Positions 1 through 13,183 of a DNA stretch of 64,000 nt are shown here, in pieces (position 1 is the stretch's first letter; the number at the start of each line of letters is the position of its first letter). A program made the translations under genes and the position numbers. Under the pieces are notes generated by a model, which searched no databases, was not told where the DNA came from, and saw nothing but the letters and a program-made list of their open reading frames with translations. Origin of the DNA: a bacterium (lineage in GTDB: Bacteria; UBA8248); NCBI GenBank assembly GCA_965213685.1, contig CBDBZY010000041.1, forward strand, positions 384,001 through 448,000. Reading direction: 5' to 3'.

Positions 1-249
1 GTTGAGGTTGTTAGAGATGTCTAAGCCAGTGAAGTTGTTATATACATGTATATTTGTATGTATATTAATTTTTCTAGGCTTTTCTCCAAATATTAAGTTC
101 TAAGCTGTTGAGGTTGTCGTGGATTTTAGTTTGTTTTATAGCGTGTGATTCTTCTTTCTTTCTCCCCTGTTCTCTTCTTTCTTTGATTGTGGTGCACTAT
201 GCATGTGATTGTTCATGAACATGTACATGTACTTCTCTTTCTTCTCCTC

Positions 250-900
250 TTCCTCCCTCCTTCCTCCTTATTCGTTCTTCCATTCCTCCTCCCTTTCCCC
301 TTCCCTCCCTCTCTCCCTCTCTCCCTCTCTCCCTCTCTCCTGCAGAGCTGGCACTGGAGGAGACAGCACAGGGCACTAAATACTCACAGAACTGTCAGTG
401 CCATCAAAGCCATCCTGTGAGACACGCACTGCAATCTGAGACAATTGTCTGGAATTGCTGCACGTCTTCACCATGTAGTCACTCTATCCCCCTCCTCCTC
501 CTCCTCCTCCTCCTCCTCCTCCTCCTCCTCCCCCTCCCCCTCCCCCTCCCCTCCTCCTCCTCCTCCTCCTCCTCCCCCTCCCCCTCCCCCTCCCCTCCTC
601 CTCCTCCTCCTCCTCCTCCTCCTCCCCCTCCCCCCCCCTCCCCTCCTCCTCCTCCTCCTCCTCCCACTCCTCCAGATTTTTCTATCACTCACTCCCCCTC
701 CCTCCTTCATGTTCTCTCTCATATCATTACTGCTGTCTTCATCAGTCCAAACACGTGATGTCGCAATCATTCTTATGTTCTGAACAAACTGCTTTTAATC
801 AAAACGTTTTAATCAAACTCTACAAAGATCACAATGCATTAATAACACAACACACATATCAGCTAGTGTAGGATGTTGGAGTGAGTGTATATAAGTAATA
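250..900. repeat. Segmental-duplication block, paralogous to ~63295-63900; includes a candidate + strand exon after a CT tract (acceptor ~345)
   Basis: Near-identical 'ctctcctgcagag(c/t)tggcactggaggagacagcacagggcactaaatactcacagaactg...' and downstream 'gtcttcatcagtcc...gatgtcgcaatcattct' occur at both ends of the window. Product not recognised. Confidence 0.8.
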
Positions 901-1213
901 ATAATGCATATACACGAACACTTCATTGTATATATGAACAAGGTGTTTACTACAGTGTACAACCTAACTACAATATGATGTACAGTGAACATGTAAACCA
1001 ATATATTAATTTTAGTTATTCACAAATTAAATGTTAGGGTATAATAATTATCAAGCCAACACACATAATAGGAGGTTGTTTGTAGTGAAGTAACATGTAA
1101 TGCATAGCAGCATACACAAATTATTCAATGTAAAATCAAATCACTGCAATAATTAGTGGTAGTTCAAATGTACAGTTGTGCACAGTGAGGTGTTATCAGA
1201 GAAGCAATCAGTG

Positions 1214-2104
1214 TTACTCTAATGATCCTACCCACACTTGCTGGGAATACTCCCTAACACCCACCTCCCCTCCAGCCACAAGCAGTTCACCAGAGGGGAG
1301 TACTGCACAAGAGGGAGCATACATTCCCACAGGAAGCTCTCCACACTTGCTCCATTTCTTCCCTTCCGCCTCATATCTGTAGAGCTCCTTTCTCCACCCC
1401 CACCCTCCTACCTCCCTCCCTCCTACCAGTAGCAAGTGGTTCTGCAGGGCTAAGAGTGAGGGGCCACCTACTGGAGGGGATGGCAGTTCCCGCCATGTTG
1501 GGCTAGTGGTGGTGTTGTGAGTTGCGTTTGCTATCAGGGTGGGGAGGTGGGCAGAGAACACGTGAGGCCGACCATCTCTCCAGTAATATGATGAGATGTA
1601 TACGTAATCACTAATGATGACTGCTGTCATCTGCTGACCCCCCATAGGCACTGGCTGTGCACTGTACCACAGGTGAGTGGAGCAGTCCAGGACTTCTACT
1701 GTGTCCTTGTAGTCACCACATGCCACAATGAGGTATTGCTGGTAGCCCACAGCAGCTGACCATGCTCTACCAGTTGGCATTGTTGGGTAGTGCTGAGTAT
1801 TCCAGCGATGACCCTCACTGTCCCATAATTGGATAGCAGTGCTGCCTCCATAACCACCAGCTAGTAATAGCTGGTCCTTGACTGATGCCATGGCAAACAA
1901 GTACTCAGTGCTCTTTGGCAGCTGAGACCACTCACCAGTGGTAGAGTTGTATTGCACTACATCATACCAATTCACAGTCAACCCACTTGCAATGTGGACC
2001 TGTCCCTTCAGTAACGCAGTGTAGGCATACTTGACTCCAAAGGGCAAGTCCTTCCCTCTCCTCCATTTGAGTGGGAGGGGCCATCTCAGTGGCTGGACCT
2101 GAGG
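1214..2104 (-). CDS. Intact terminal exon encoding a Kelch-repeat beta-propeller (distal copy)
   Basis: Acceptor ttacag at 2110-2105; 891 nt open to TAA. Repeated Kelch motifs (LLLAGG, Y..W, LIVACG..VEVLD..W, LLLVGG..YRY..W, LLVAGG). Paralogous to 23128-24017. Confidence 0.85.
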   Translation of the reverse strand, partial: PQVQPLRWPLPLKWRRGKDLPFGVKYAYTALLKGQVHIASGLTVNWYDVVQYNSTTGEWSQLPKSTEYLFAMASVKDQLLLAGGYGGSTAIQLWDSEGHRWNTQHYPTMPTGRAWSAAVGYQQYLIVACGDYKDTVEVLDCSTHLWYSAQPVPMGGQQMTAVIISDYVYISSYYWRDGRPHVFSAHLPTLIANATHNTTTSPTWRELPSPPVGGPSLLALQNHLLLVGGREVGGWGWRKELYRYEAEGKKWSKCGELPVGMYAPSCAVLPSGELLVAGGEVGVREYSQQVWVGSLE

Positions 2105-2484
2105 CTGTAATGAGGTGAATGATGCAGAGAGGGAGGGATGGAGGGAGGGAGGAAGGAAGGGATGGAGGGAAGGAGGGAGGGAGGGGGGAGGGAGGGAAAA
2201 GAGAATAGGGAGAGGAAAATATGGAGGGTTCAAGGGGAGAGGGGTGAAGGAGAGGAGGGGGTGCAGGGGTATTGGAATGGGGAGAGAATGAGAGTGAGGA
2301 GAGGGAAGGAAGTGGTGAGATAAAAATTATGTACAGTCATGTGCCTAATAATTAGTTCACCTGATGTGTACATACACTGTGCACAGGTGTGGCATATAGC
2401 TGGCTAGTATTACTGGATCGAGGCAATATTTATAGCATGGCTTCCTGCTCCATCCTGTGCCATTGCAATACACCTCTCTGTTAA

Positions 2485-3120
2485 GGTGACGGTTCAACCT
2501 TTCGCAAACCAAACAGTTGTTATAAAAACATAGTCTCAGTGTCGTATCCTAAACACTTTTGTAACAATATTGGTACTGTTTTAAAGCTTGAAAACTGCTC
2601 TGTCTGATTATCTACTTTATAATTGTCCACAAAGCAGCACTAGGTTAATGGAGTCCACAAAACTGGGCTCCATAAAAATCCAAATATCTGACTTGGGACA
2701 GTTAGCAAAAATATGAAAAAATACGCTTAATTACCCCACAACTGACCTGTTTGCGGCGACGCATGCTCGTGCATTTAGCATGTAAGTACAAGGCAGGCGC
2801 GCTAAACGTTTGTCCGTGCTACGCACGGGGTCGATTAAACTTGGCGTTTTGCGCACAATTTTGTAGATCTACCGCTCATGATGCGTCGCCGCAAAGGTCT
2901 ACGAGAACTCATTCGAGTGCCGTTGGTTTGGATCCGCTCCAAAATTTTCAGTCCCGAGATATTTAGCATCTACGTACTACAGTACACTCTACACACACAA
3001 GTACGCATAACGGGCCTACCACTTCAAAGGCTGCACGTGTACACGAACTATGAATCTCATTATAACGTACTCCCAACGTAATACCCGTGTGCGCGTACTA
3101 CCCAAGGTTGAACCGCCACC
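2485..3120. mobile_element. Non-autonomous DNA transposon (Kolobok-like MITE)
   Basis: TIR ggtgacggttcaacctt / aaggttgaaccgccacc; TTAA on both sides (2481-2484, 3121-3124); purine-purine terminus. Confidence 0.75.
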
Positions 3121-3344
3121 TTAATTAACCTAACTCCCTCCTCCCTCCTTCTTTCACCCTCCCTCACTTCCCTCCATCCTTCCTTCATCCCTCCTTTATT
3201 AACTAATGGAATACATTGTAGTGAACAGATATCCTTGTGGTATTTACATGACATTGTATGAACTGAACTAAGAGAAACTGTAACTAATTCAATGGAAATT
3301 TATGTTAAACAAAATCATAACTAAAACAGGTTCATTGGCTGCAT

Positions 3345-4110
<766 letters not shown>

Positions 4111-4177
4111 CCCATTATGCATGTTTCCACACTACTAGAGATAGTTGCCACTACATGTAAACCACCCACTGCAGTAC

Positions 4178-4237
4178 CTGCTCATGAGCCTTGGCCTGAT
4201 TAGGAGAGCTCATCTGAGAGGGAGCTTTGGGGGCAGT
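4178..4237 (-). CDS. 60-nt phase-0 linker exon (TAPKAPSQMSSPNQAKAHEQ) of the distal kinase-Kelch cassette
   Basis: ttcctccag acceptor and gtactg donor; homologous to the linker exon at 24728-24651 (ctccag|act...tctcagatga...gcag|gta). Confidence 0.6.
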
Positions 4238-4268
4238 CTGGAGGAAAGGATTATCACTGTGAAATGTG

Positions 4269-6424
4269 GCGTAAATGCGCCAATTATCGCTGTTTTTTAG
4301 CGATGGGGTTTTCCGACCACATAGAGCGTACGAGACGCGTGAGGTAGGGAAATCCCCTACAGTATGGGCCGCTGTAGCGCGTTTACATAGCTATGTAAAG
4401 CGCAACCTTCACGACGCAAAAACGGACTTTGTGCACCACATCTAGAGTGGCGATAATTGGAAGAGTTGCCCTAAATTCGCCACGTAGAATTTCCCGTATC
4501 AAAAGTGAATGTACAGCGTACAAAAGAAGTCCAAAACAAACATACTTTCAAAGTAGAGACATACTCCACAGTTACAAACAACTTTCAGGACGAGAAGCAT
4601 TGTTGTCACCAAGTGCACACACTGTATGAAAACAAGACCCACAGTCAACCCAAAACACAACTGAAGACTTGCAGCTGGCTGGCTCCCTGGCATTGCACAA
4701 TTTGCAGAGTGTACCTTCATCACTGTCACTGTCACTTGACTCATCTCGAAATCGAGCAGGGAGTTGCTGTATTCTACGTGGTCTGCTTCTTTCCGATGGT
4801 TCCTCTGACTCACTCTGGCAACTTTCAAGGGAGTCCAAGTCCTGATTAAGTGCTCGCTTCTTTCCTTTTTTGGATTGAACCTGATTAGCATTTCTTGCCT
4901 CCTCTCTCTCCTTTTTAGCATTTTCATGTTCCTCCTTCTTCTTCCGTTGTTCCTCCTCTTTCTCTCTTTTTTGTTTCTCCCTCTCTTCCTTCTTGTGCTC
5001 TTGTTCCTCCTTGCGTTTTTTCTTCAACTCCTCTGCCTCCCTCTCCTTTGCATCTTTTTCCTTCATCATATCAATGTACTCATTCTCAGTCATTACTCTT
5101 GCCCTCGTTATCCTCCTCCTCTTGGTGGGTTGGGTTTGAGGATCCATATCTGGGGTGCAGAATACATCAGCAAGATGAGCTGGAACCATGCCTGTCACAA
5201 CTAATGGATTGACAATTGAGGACCCTCGTCCAGATGAAGAGCAAGGTTGGGGGGGGAGTAACAGTGAAAGGAGTTGGGGTATTGCAAACATGTGATGGAG
5301 TGCTGGTCAAAGGAGCACCACCAGGACTAGAAGACAGGGAGTCTGGAATTGGATGTGAAACAATGGAAGACACCACAGGTGAAGGCGTCTCAGGAGCCAA
5401 TACAGATGTCTCTAACAGTGAAAGGAGTTGGGGTATTGCACACATGTGATGGAGTGCTGGTCAAAGGAGCACCACCAGGACTAGAAGACAGGGAGTCTGG
5501 AATTGGATGTGAAACAATGGAAGACACCACAGGTGAAGGTGTCTCAGGAGCCAATACAGATGTCTCTTCAGTTGTGGAGGTATCCGTGCTATCTAGAGAA
5601 GAGTTCTGCAGAGGCTTGTACACGTCTGATGGCTTCATCTTCTTGATGGCAATGGCATCTGGGTTGTATGGAAAAATGCCTGATTTCGAAAACCCCGCCT
5701 TAATATTTGACATTGAAAATGCTTTCTCAAAAGGTTCCTTGACCACTGAGGCAAATTTGCGTTTAGACACTACAAAATTTTTCTTAGCAAAGGAAAGGGC
5801 ACGCACTGACTTAAAAAAAGTTGTCCTTCAGGGACTTAAAAACGGCAACATCCAATGGCTGGAGAGCGTGAATTGAAGTGGAAGACAAAAGAGTATCACA
5901 CCACTCGATTGAGCTACATCAATGAGATCAAGAGTCATGTGTGTCTTGTGGCCATCAATAAACAAAATGACTGGTCGCTGTGGGGCAGCATACACAAGAA
6001 ATACTCTCTTCATCCAGCTCAAGAAAGAGCTCTGAGTCTGCCCACCCTGACTCACTTTTGGCATAAACTGCATCATCAGGACCTCTGAAAGTGTAAGGTC
6101 CTCCTGGAAAAGCTTCTGGATAAATGATCGTTGGTGGGAGTGCAATTCCAGCAGCAGAAGCACCAGAGTAAAGTGATGTGCTCAGTCGTTCCATGAGCTT
6201 GAGCATACGTGTACTTGGCTTTTTTGACTGTCACCACTTTCTCACGAGTGCCATTGAGAGGAAGGAACGTTTCGTCACAATTGTAAAGACGTCGGGGGAT
6301 ACACGTGATCTGTATAATAGCTGCGCATGCTCAAAACTTACACACAATGTTGTGTAAGGCAAGCAAAGCCATATGGCGATAATAGGCGTGGAAGCAGAAC
6401 TGGCGATAATTGGCACATCTACGC
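4269..6424 (-). mobile_element. Internally deleted pogo/Tigger-family (DDE_1) transposon with a C-terminal PHD-like finger
   Basis: 22-bp TIR gcgtaaatgcgccaattatcgc / gcgataattggcacatctacgc with TA on the right. Fragments SESGW, ILFIDGHKTH, LFCLP, QPLDV, NIKAGFSKSGIFPYNP and CKLC...WVDCGSCFHTVC. Frameshifted; N-terminal HTH missing. Confidence 0.88.
5259..5566. repeat. 2 x 154-bp tandem duplication inside the pogo transposase
   Basis: 'taacagtgaaaggagttggggtattgc' starts at 5259 and 5413; a period of 154 shifts the frame. Confidence 0.9.
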
Positions 6425-6459
6425 TATAATTGTAAGGAACACTGTAGCAAGGAGAGAAT

Positions 6460-7262
6460 GAATAGGAGAAGAGAAGAAGAGATCTAGAGGAATGGGTCTA
6501 AAAATTAATGTAATAAGGTGGAATGGAGGGGAGAAGGAAGGAGGGAGACTAGGGAGGAAGAAGGGAGGTGGGAAAAGTTGGAGGAAGGGGAAGAGAGGGA
6601 GGTAACAGGGGAAGAGGAGGGAGGAAGGAAGAAGAGGAGGGAGGAAGGGAGAAGAGGAGGGAGGAAGGGGGGAGAGAGGGGAGAGAGGAGGGAAGAAGAG
6701 GGAGGGGGGTGAGGGGAGGGGGGGAGGGGAGGGAGAGGGAGGAGGGGAAGGGGAAGGGGAGGGAGAGGGGAAGGAGAACAGGAGGGAGAGGGGAAGGGGA
6801 GACAGGGGGGAGGGGAGGGAGAGGGAGGGAGGGAGGGGAAGGGGAGGGGGGAGGGAGACGGGGGAGGGGAAGTGAGGGGAGGGGGGAGAGAGGGGAGGGG
6901 AAGAGAGAAGGAAGGGGGTTGGGAGGAGGGATGAGGGGAGGGGAAGGAGGGAGGGGGAGGGAGAGGGGAGGGGAGAGGGGGAGGAGAGAGGGGGGGAGAG
7001 AAGGGAGGATGGGAGGAGGGTAGGCTTCAGCATATTATGCTCGCAATTTTCATGTTTATGCTATGCTTGTGGGGAGGGGAGAGGGAGAGAGGGTGGTAGA
7101 GAGGGCTCAGAGGGGGGAGGAAGGGAGGGGAGGGAGGAGGGGAGGAGGAGAGGATGGGGGAGGGAGGGAGGGAGGGTGGGGGGAGAGGGAGGAAGACAGA
7201 AGGAGAGATATAGGGATATTGCCATGGAGAGAAGGTGAAAGAGAATAGGGGTGAGGAGGAGG
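6460..7262. repeat. Low-complexity polypurine (GA-rich) tract
   Basis: About 800 bp of G/A. This is the pyrimidine tract of the minus-strand intron upstream of the 4237 exon once the pogo element is removed. Confidence 0.9.
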
Positions 7263-9185
7263 CAAGATGAAGATAATTATTAATGAACATATTTTTGTAC
7301 ATCTACATGTATAGGGGATATGCTCCAAGTATGGAACATTGATATACTGCCACAACTTGCTATCTTTGATATCCCACACATTTTTCAGTAATACCTCCAT
7401 AAAGTAATAATATTATAGTTTGTTCAATGTGTAGTTAACTCCAAAAATTTATAAACCTTCTCAAGTACTACTTCACAAGGGAGAGGAAAGAAAGACGGTT
7501 ATGCCTAGTGTGTCCAGTGTATCTTGTATGTCTGGCCTGTCCAGTGTGTCTGTTCAATGATTTTCTAACTGGTACTCCGACCTGTACAGCTCTGCTCAAC
7601 AATATAGGGCTTGTACTATGTAATCAGACATGCATACTCGTCATGTCATCATTGTTCCCACGAAACTTTGTATTATAGCATGTACTTTGCAACCATGTCT
7701 TAAATTTTCTTCATACTTCCAGAGTTGACAATTCTTAAATTACTTGTCTCCTGCCTCTTTTTTTCCACTTTTGGCTTTCAAACTCAACATTTAGAGTTAA
7801 TACAGTAGAAATGCCCATTAATAAATTATTGAGATGGCTTAGACAAAGATATTATAACATGTCTACAGTCCACCCACTGTTCTAGTTTTTCAGCCCCATT
7901 TTCTCTCTTCCTATAATATTGTAATATGTGTACATCACCTCATGAAGAGCTGCATGTCACTCTGTGGCTAGTTCAGTGTGGCATACAGACCTCTTATGCC
8001 TACCCAACGTTTAAAATCTCTGTATATACAGTTAACATCATGTTCTGAAATAAAAGTTCCATTTCTGATTTGCTGATATCATACACTTTTTGTGAAGTTA
8101 CAAAACATTTGCTAAATTGTTAATTGTTTTATGCCGCAATTTAGCAAAAGATATACTAGAATTATAGTCTATTTTACTTAAAAATTGATTAAAAAACAAA
8201 AAGATCAATTGTGAACTATCAATTTCAAAATATTGGAGTTATAAATTCACAAATTTGATAATTAATTTAACTGTTCATAAAATGGTACATTTGTTGTCCA
8301 CATTCGCCGTAATTCCACCAAAATAAAGGATATTGTCACACTAAAATGCTGTATTAGTTATAGACTGTCTGTGCAACTTAGAGGTTTGTAAGCGAAGCCG
8401 CTGACTGCTCTGTAGCCTGAAACGCTTCTCTCACCCGCACTTCGTACGGCTAGGCATACCTAGCCAGGACACAGCCCAAATCACGTGGAAACTCGCGTGC
8501 CTGGGAAGAGGACGATACCAGCCGCCGATCAAATTCCCGGATTGCAGGTAGTACTATAGCCACTGGCTGTACGTGCATGGTGCCCCATCACCCCCTAACA
8601 GCCTGGGAACGAGGCTACAGCGATGAGCGGCACGCCGGTCAGTACGGATTACTGCATGCGCCGTTACACGCCTGGTGTCTAGCTGACATAGCTACACTTG
8701 CTAGGCGCCCCCGTTTACGCAAAGATATAGCTAGCATGTTCCAGGGCTCTCCCTAACGGCTAGGACTCATCCATCCTCACCGTTCTCTCCCTGACGTCAT
8801 TCATATAAAGGCTGTGGACAGCACCCAGGAATGAGGCTATGTCATTCATTATCACTGATACAGACTATCCAAACACATAAGGTAACACTTGCAATAATGC
8901 ATTTCTGATCGAGTTAATCTTTCAACTGTTCTCGTGTTAGAGCAAAGGAAGGATAATCTGGTAGTGCTATTACTAGACACAGGTGTACAAGCTCAGTAAT
9001 CCCTTGAGACTCAATCGCCTCACACCACATCACCAGAGTATCTACATGTATATAGTCATAGATCGTAGAGTGAATGGGTCACACAGTCTCTAATATCTGT
9101 GTTATAGTTCACTCCAGCGCGTGAGGTAGCGTTCGTGTATACCAAATTGACCGCACCCGCGCGGAGACAGTGTAATTAGAAGAGG

Positions 9186-9233
9186 CATAGATATTAGAAA
9201 CACGTAACCGGTTACGTGTTTCTAATATCTATG
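9186..9233. mobile_element. 48-bp perfect palindrome, probable P-element remnant or excision footprint
   Basis: catagatattagaaacacgtaacc|ggttacgtgtttctaatatctatg flanked by 7-bp TSD gaagagg (9179-9185, 9234-9240). Confidence 0.75.
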
Positions 9234-9397
9234 GAAGAGGCGACGTCCTCAAGCATCTGAGGTTGGGCTATCATGGCATGCACGACGCACTCTACCACAG
9301 GTCTCGCGAAGACACGCCTTCCCCGGCCAACCATTCCTATTATCCCGCTTTGAACCCTGACATATGCGAGACAGCTATATGGATGTGTGCGTGTGTG

Positions 9398-9438
9398 CAT
9401 AGATATTAGAGACACGTTACGTGTCTCTAATATCTATG
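9398..9438. mobile_element. 41-bp palindrome, probable P-element remnant or excision footprint
   Basis: catagatattagagacacgt-t-acgtgtctctaatatctatg with 7-bp TSD gtgtgtg. Confidence 0.7.
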
Positions 9439-9612
9439 GTGTGTGTGAATCGCCTGGCTGCCACACGGAGAGCTGACTAGTCACCCGCCATGTGTAATGG
9501 ACAAAGACCAGCCTTGCGCAACCATGCCTTCTCGCGCGCGTATACCCGGAGCCACGCCTTGTTTTGCACGAACTTGTAAATCGTCAGGGGAATAAATATT
9601 TCTTCAGTATTA

Positions 9613-10859
9613 GGCCACTGCAAATGAGAGTTTAGTTTCCCGTCCGCCGCCCGCCCCTTCTTGAGAGCGCCGCGTGGTTTGACCATTATTGACCTTTGTA
9701 CTCCATTATTGCGTCATCTTCATTCACGTGATAGCTTCAGAGTACATGTGCGGTGGTTGTCAGTGAGTCCGAGTCTTTTTCCAAGTCTTGTGCAGCTGAT
9801 ATCGTAGTTTCATGTTGTTTTTGAGCGCTTTTGCTTTGATGCTGCTTGTGAACACTTGTGTCTTCGACTCTTGCTGTCAAACCACGCTGTTACGATGGAC
9901 TATTTTGCAAAGCGAGGATGAAAGGTTGTCCTTGACAGATTTTTATGAAAGGGTAAGTTTCTGTACTCTTTACAAATTTGAAACGTGATATTAAGTTGTA
10001 TGCACTGTAGCGGTTGTTAGTCTGGCCCGGTACTGTACAGTGTATGTGTGTTGTATGCACCATACATATACAATATGCACTGCACTGTTGTGCAAATTTA
10101 ATATGGTAATTGGCATTCCAGCTTACCACAAACACGCCTCTGTTGCAAGGTCACCTCAAGGTCTGCTTATGGCTTCTCCTTTATAGGTGGTGCTTCCAAG
10201 GATAGCCACCAGTAGCAGCAAGGAAGATCATCAAGTGGTTGAAGATGTGCGAGTGGGAACTACAAAAGATGCACTGGACAGTGTTGGTGATCATGCACTC
10301 CAAGTCAGTGATGTGACTGCCTGTTTTGGACGATTTATCAAGTACTATGTGAGAGGTAGCTCCACCACTATTCCCCAAGCATCACCAATAGTCAGAAACG
10401 CATTTCAGATCATGATGTGCGCTCAGAAGCAGCAGAACACTGTCAGATTGCCTTCTCCTGTAACTGTTCGTAACAAACGTGATCAACTCTACAATGACCT
10501 TTTGGAGCTTATCAAATCGAAGGAGCTAGCTAAAGGACGTAGTCTATGTTCGACAAATGTCGTGTGAGGACCCAATCGAAAAACTCTATTACTCTGCCAA
10601 GTTTGCGGACATCTGTGTCTACTGTGGTGTTTCTGTAGATCCTTGGAGTGACAAAGAGCCTTACTATCCACAGTGTGAGGGATGTAGAGAAAAACCTCCA
10701 ATTGCTAATGCTAAGAAGTCACATTCAGTTCCTGTTTCTTAGAATTTCAATTTTTTTGTTAATGATATTCATAGTAATGAATAATGGTAATGGTCCGCCC
10801 GCCCGCATCAAATTTCCAGGAAGTCTGGACGGGAAACTAAAGTCTCATTTGCAGTGGCC
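9613..10859 (+). mobile_element. Internally deleted DNA transposon with TTA TSD (Zator- or Harbinger-like)
   Basis: TIR of about 31 bp (ggccactgcaaatgagagtttagtttcccgtcc / ggacgggaaactaaagtctcatttgcagtggcc); TTA on both sides; empty site in the paralog at ~13333. Coding remnants include a Cys-rich C-terminus (CEDPIE..YYS..ICVYCG..YYPQCEGC). Confidence 0.78.
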
Positions 10860-13047
10860 TTATCTTTGCCTTGTTTGTGGGTATTTGTTTGACGTCATTA
10901 TTTCCGTTAGGGAGTGCCCGGAAACCAGACATTCCCTCAGCATTGTGATGCTTTCCTCACTTCTCCACTACTCCCAAGAGACTCATCTCACGCCACATTC
11001 TCCATGCTATCCAAGCAGCTTCATTGGATACCTAATAAGGAAATTAATGCTAATCGTGTTTGTTTGGACACTGTTTCCTACAAAGCTATTTTAGGGAGTG
11101 CTATTATTACGTACGAAGAACATTGTAGTATGTCTTGAGTACTCAATAAACCACCTCATCATCTCAGCTGCACTCTGGACACTCAGCCTCCACACACTAT
11201 ATCACTACACAGCAATAGTCTGGCGGATATGATCCATCTCATTTTAGGGCAGCGAAGTGCACATTAATTAAGCATGTAAGATTGTGCATACCACCATCAA
11301 TTACATTCAGACAACATTAAACTGACAATAGTTAAACAATGGTGTGTAATTTCATCTATGATTTCAAAACTTAATGCAGCAAACTATCAAACAGAAGTCA
11401 CAAATTTTTAGTTGATCATAAAGAGCTACAATTCCACTATCCTCACAACTTGTGCCAACAACTAATATCAACACAATTATAGAATGCTATAACACTGTAA
11501 TATTATTCCAATCATGCTCATCCACTCTTTATCTCTTATGCAAATAGCATATTATGCGTTAAGATTCATGTATGTCAGATTATCTTCACTTGAGTACACA
11601 CATATATTACACATCTTGGAATAACAAGTTAACAGCAGTGCGATGGTAACTTTCCAAGTCATTCTCTGCAGACATGATGAAGCCTCCACATTCAACACTA
11701 TACTATTCAACAGAGCATTAGTCTAGTAGCCATGTTTTAACACGTGATGCTATAATATTGTGGACTTTCTGTCGTGAGAATTACCTATCATTCTTTCAAT
11801 TTGCTATGCTTACTCTGTTTTCATATCTGTCCTAGATATAGCAGCATAATTATTAACTTTGTTGGAGCGCCACTTCCGCTGCGGCTGCTGCTGCCTCCTT
11901 ATGTTGGGAGATTACAACCTATACATAGCAAAAGAACGATCTATCTCATCTTCTCACCTGCCACAATAGGCGCGATTTGAAGACACGGGAAGGTGTAGAG
12001 ATAAGTTGCTGTCACGTTTCTCAACTGATCCGAGGTGCGATGTCTGTGACTGCGATCGCCCTTCTTGCATGCAGGGAGGGGTCTGGAATCAGACTGTACT
12101 GCTTCGATAGTAAGGTGCTAATGACCCCTCTTGACGTTCTTGACGTGCTGCTAGTCTGCCTGAACGCAACTTTATAGTTATTCCCCAGTTATGACGTCAC
12201 CCAGAGCGTGGATAATGGACATTATTCAGGTTATCCTCATCACGCGTATCACGTTCCACGGGGCTCACCCACACGTCTTCCTCTTCCCACTCAGCCTGCC
12301 TCTCATTTTCTCCTCGGACCTCCCTCGCCACTTTCTATCATGAACGCATGTAGAGCAGAGTCACTCATCTTCTCAGTCCCCCATTCTTCCCACAAAGTAT
12401 CCTCAGTTTCACAGTACAGTGTCTGTCCCACTGCAATGCAAAATAATGTGCGCTGCGTGTGATTGATTACTATCGCACCTAGTACGGGAGTAGGTGTATG
12501 TAGAGATTGCATGGCCACGGCACTCACACCTAGCCTGGCCGTAGAAAATGCGGCTTTTCACGTTTAATATGAAAGCAACATGATTTGTACTAGCACCTTT
12601 CGCCTGACAGCTCAGTAGCATGTTGCTCAAGTTCAAAGCTAGCATGTTCCAGGGCTCTCCCTAACAGCTAGGACTCATCCATCCTAACCGTTCTCTCTAG
12701 TTCTCTCCCTGACGTCATTCATATTAAGGCTGCGGACAGAACCCAAAAATGAGACACTTTACGGACCATTCACCATGCAGGCTATCCAAACACGTAAGGT
12801 AATAATTATTACACACTTACAATAATGCATTCCTGATCTAGTTAACCTTTCACCTGAATATGTTCTTGTGTTAAGGCAAGAGGAAGGATAATCTGGTGGT
12901 GCTATTACTATATAGGCACAGGTGTACAAGCTAATCCCTTGAGACTCACTGTAGGAACAGCCTCCACACACCACATCACCAGAGTGGCTATAGTCCACTT
13001 CTCGTGTTAATTAGAAAGAAAAGCAACCGTAATTCGTAGATGAAACT

Positions 13048-13183
13048 TAGTGTCGTTCCAGAACCTTCCGCGAACGCAGATTGAGGTCACGTTTGCACGT
13101 TATCTCCGCATTCGCTGGGCATGGGGTCGAGACCGTTGCTCGCGCATGCGCGTTCACGGAATACGGTCTGGTTCACGAGACTA
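13048..13183. mobile_element. Short Academ-like MITE
   Basis: Termini tagtgtcgttccaga / tctggttcacgagacta; near-perfect 9-bp flanks agatgaaac / aggtgaaac (one extra base on the left). Confidence 0.45.

Larger units (their letters stand above)
8727..11630. repeat. Local segmental duplication, copy 1 (paralog ~12636-14692)
   Basis: Shared blocks 'gctagcatgttccagggctctccctaac..', 'tcaggggaataa..tatttc', 'ttagggagtgcccggaaaccagacattccc' and 'catcatctcagctgcactctgga'; each copy carries different insertions. Confidence 0.85.
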
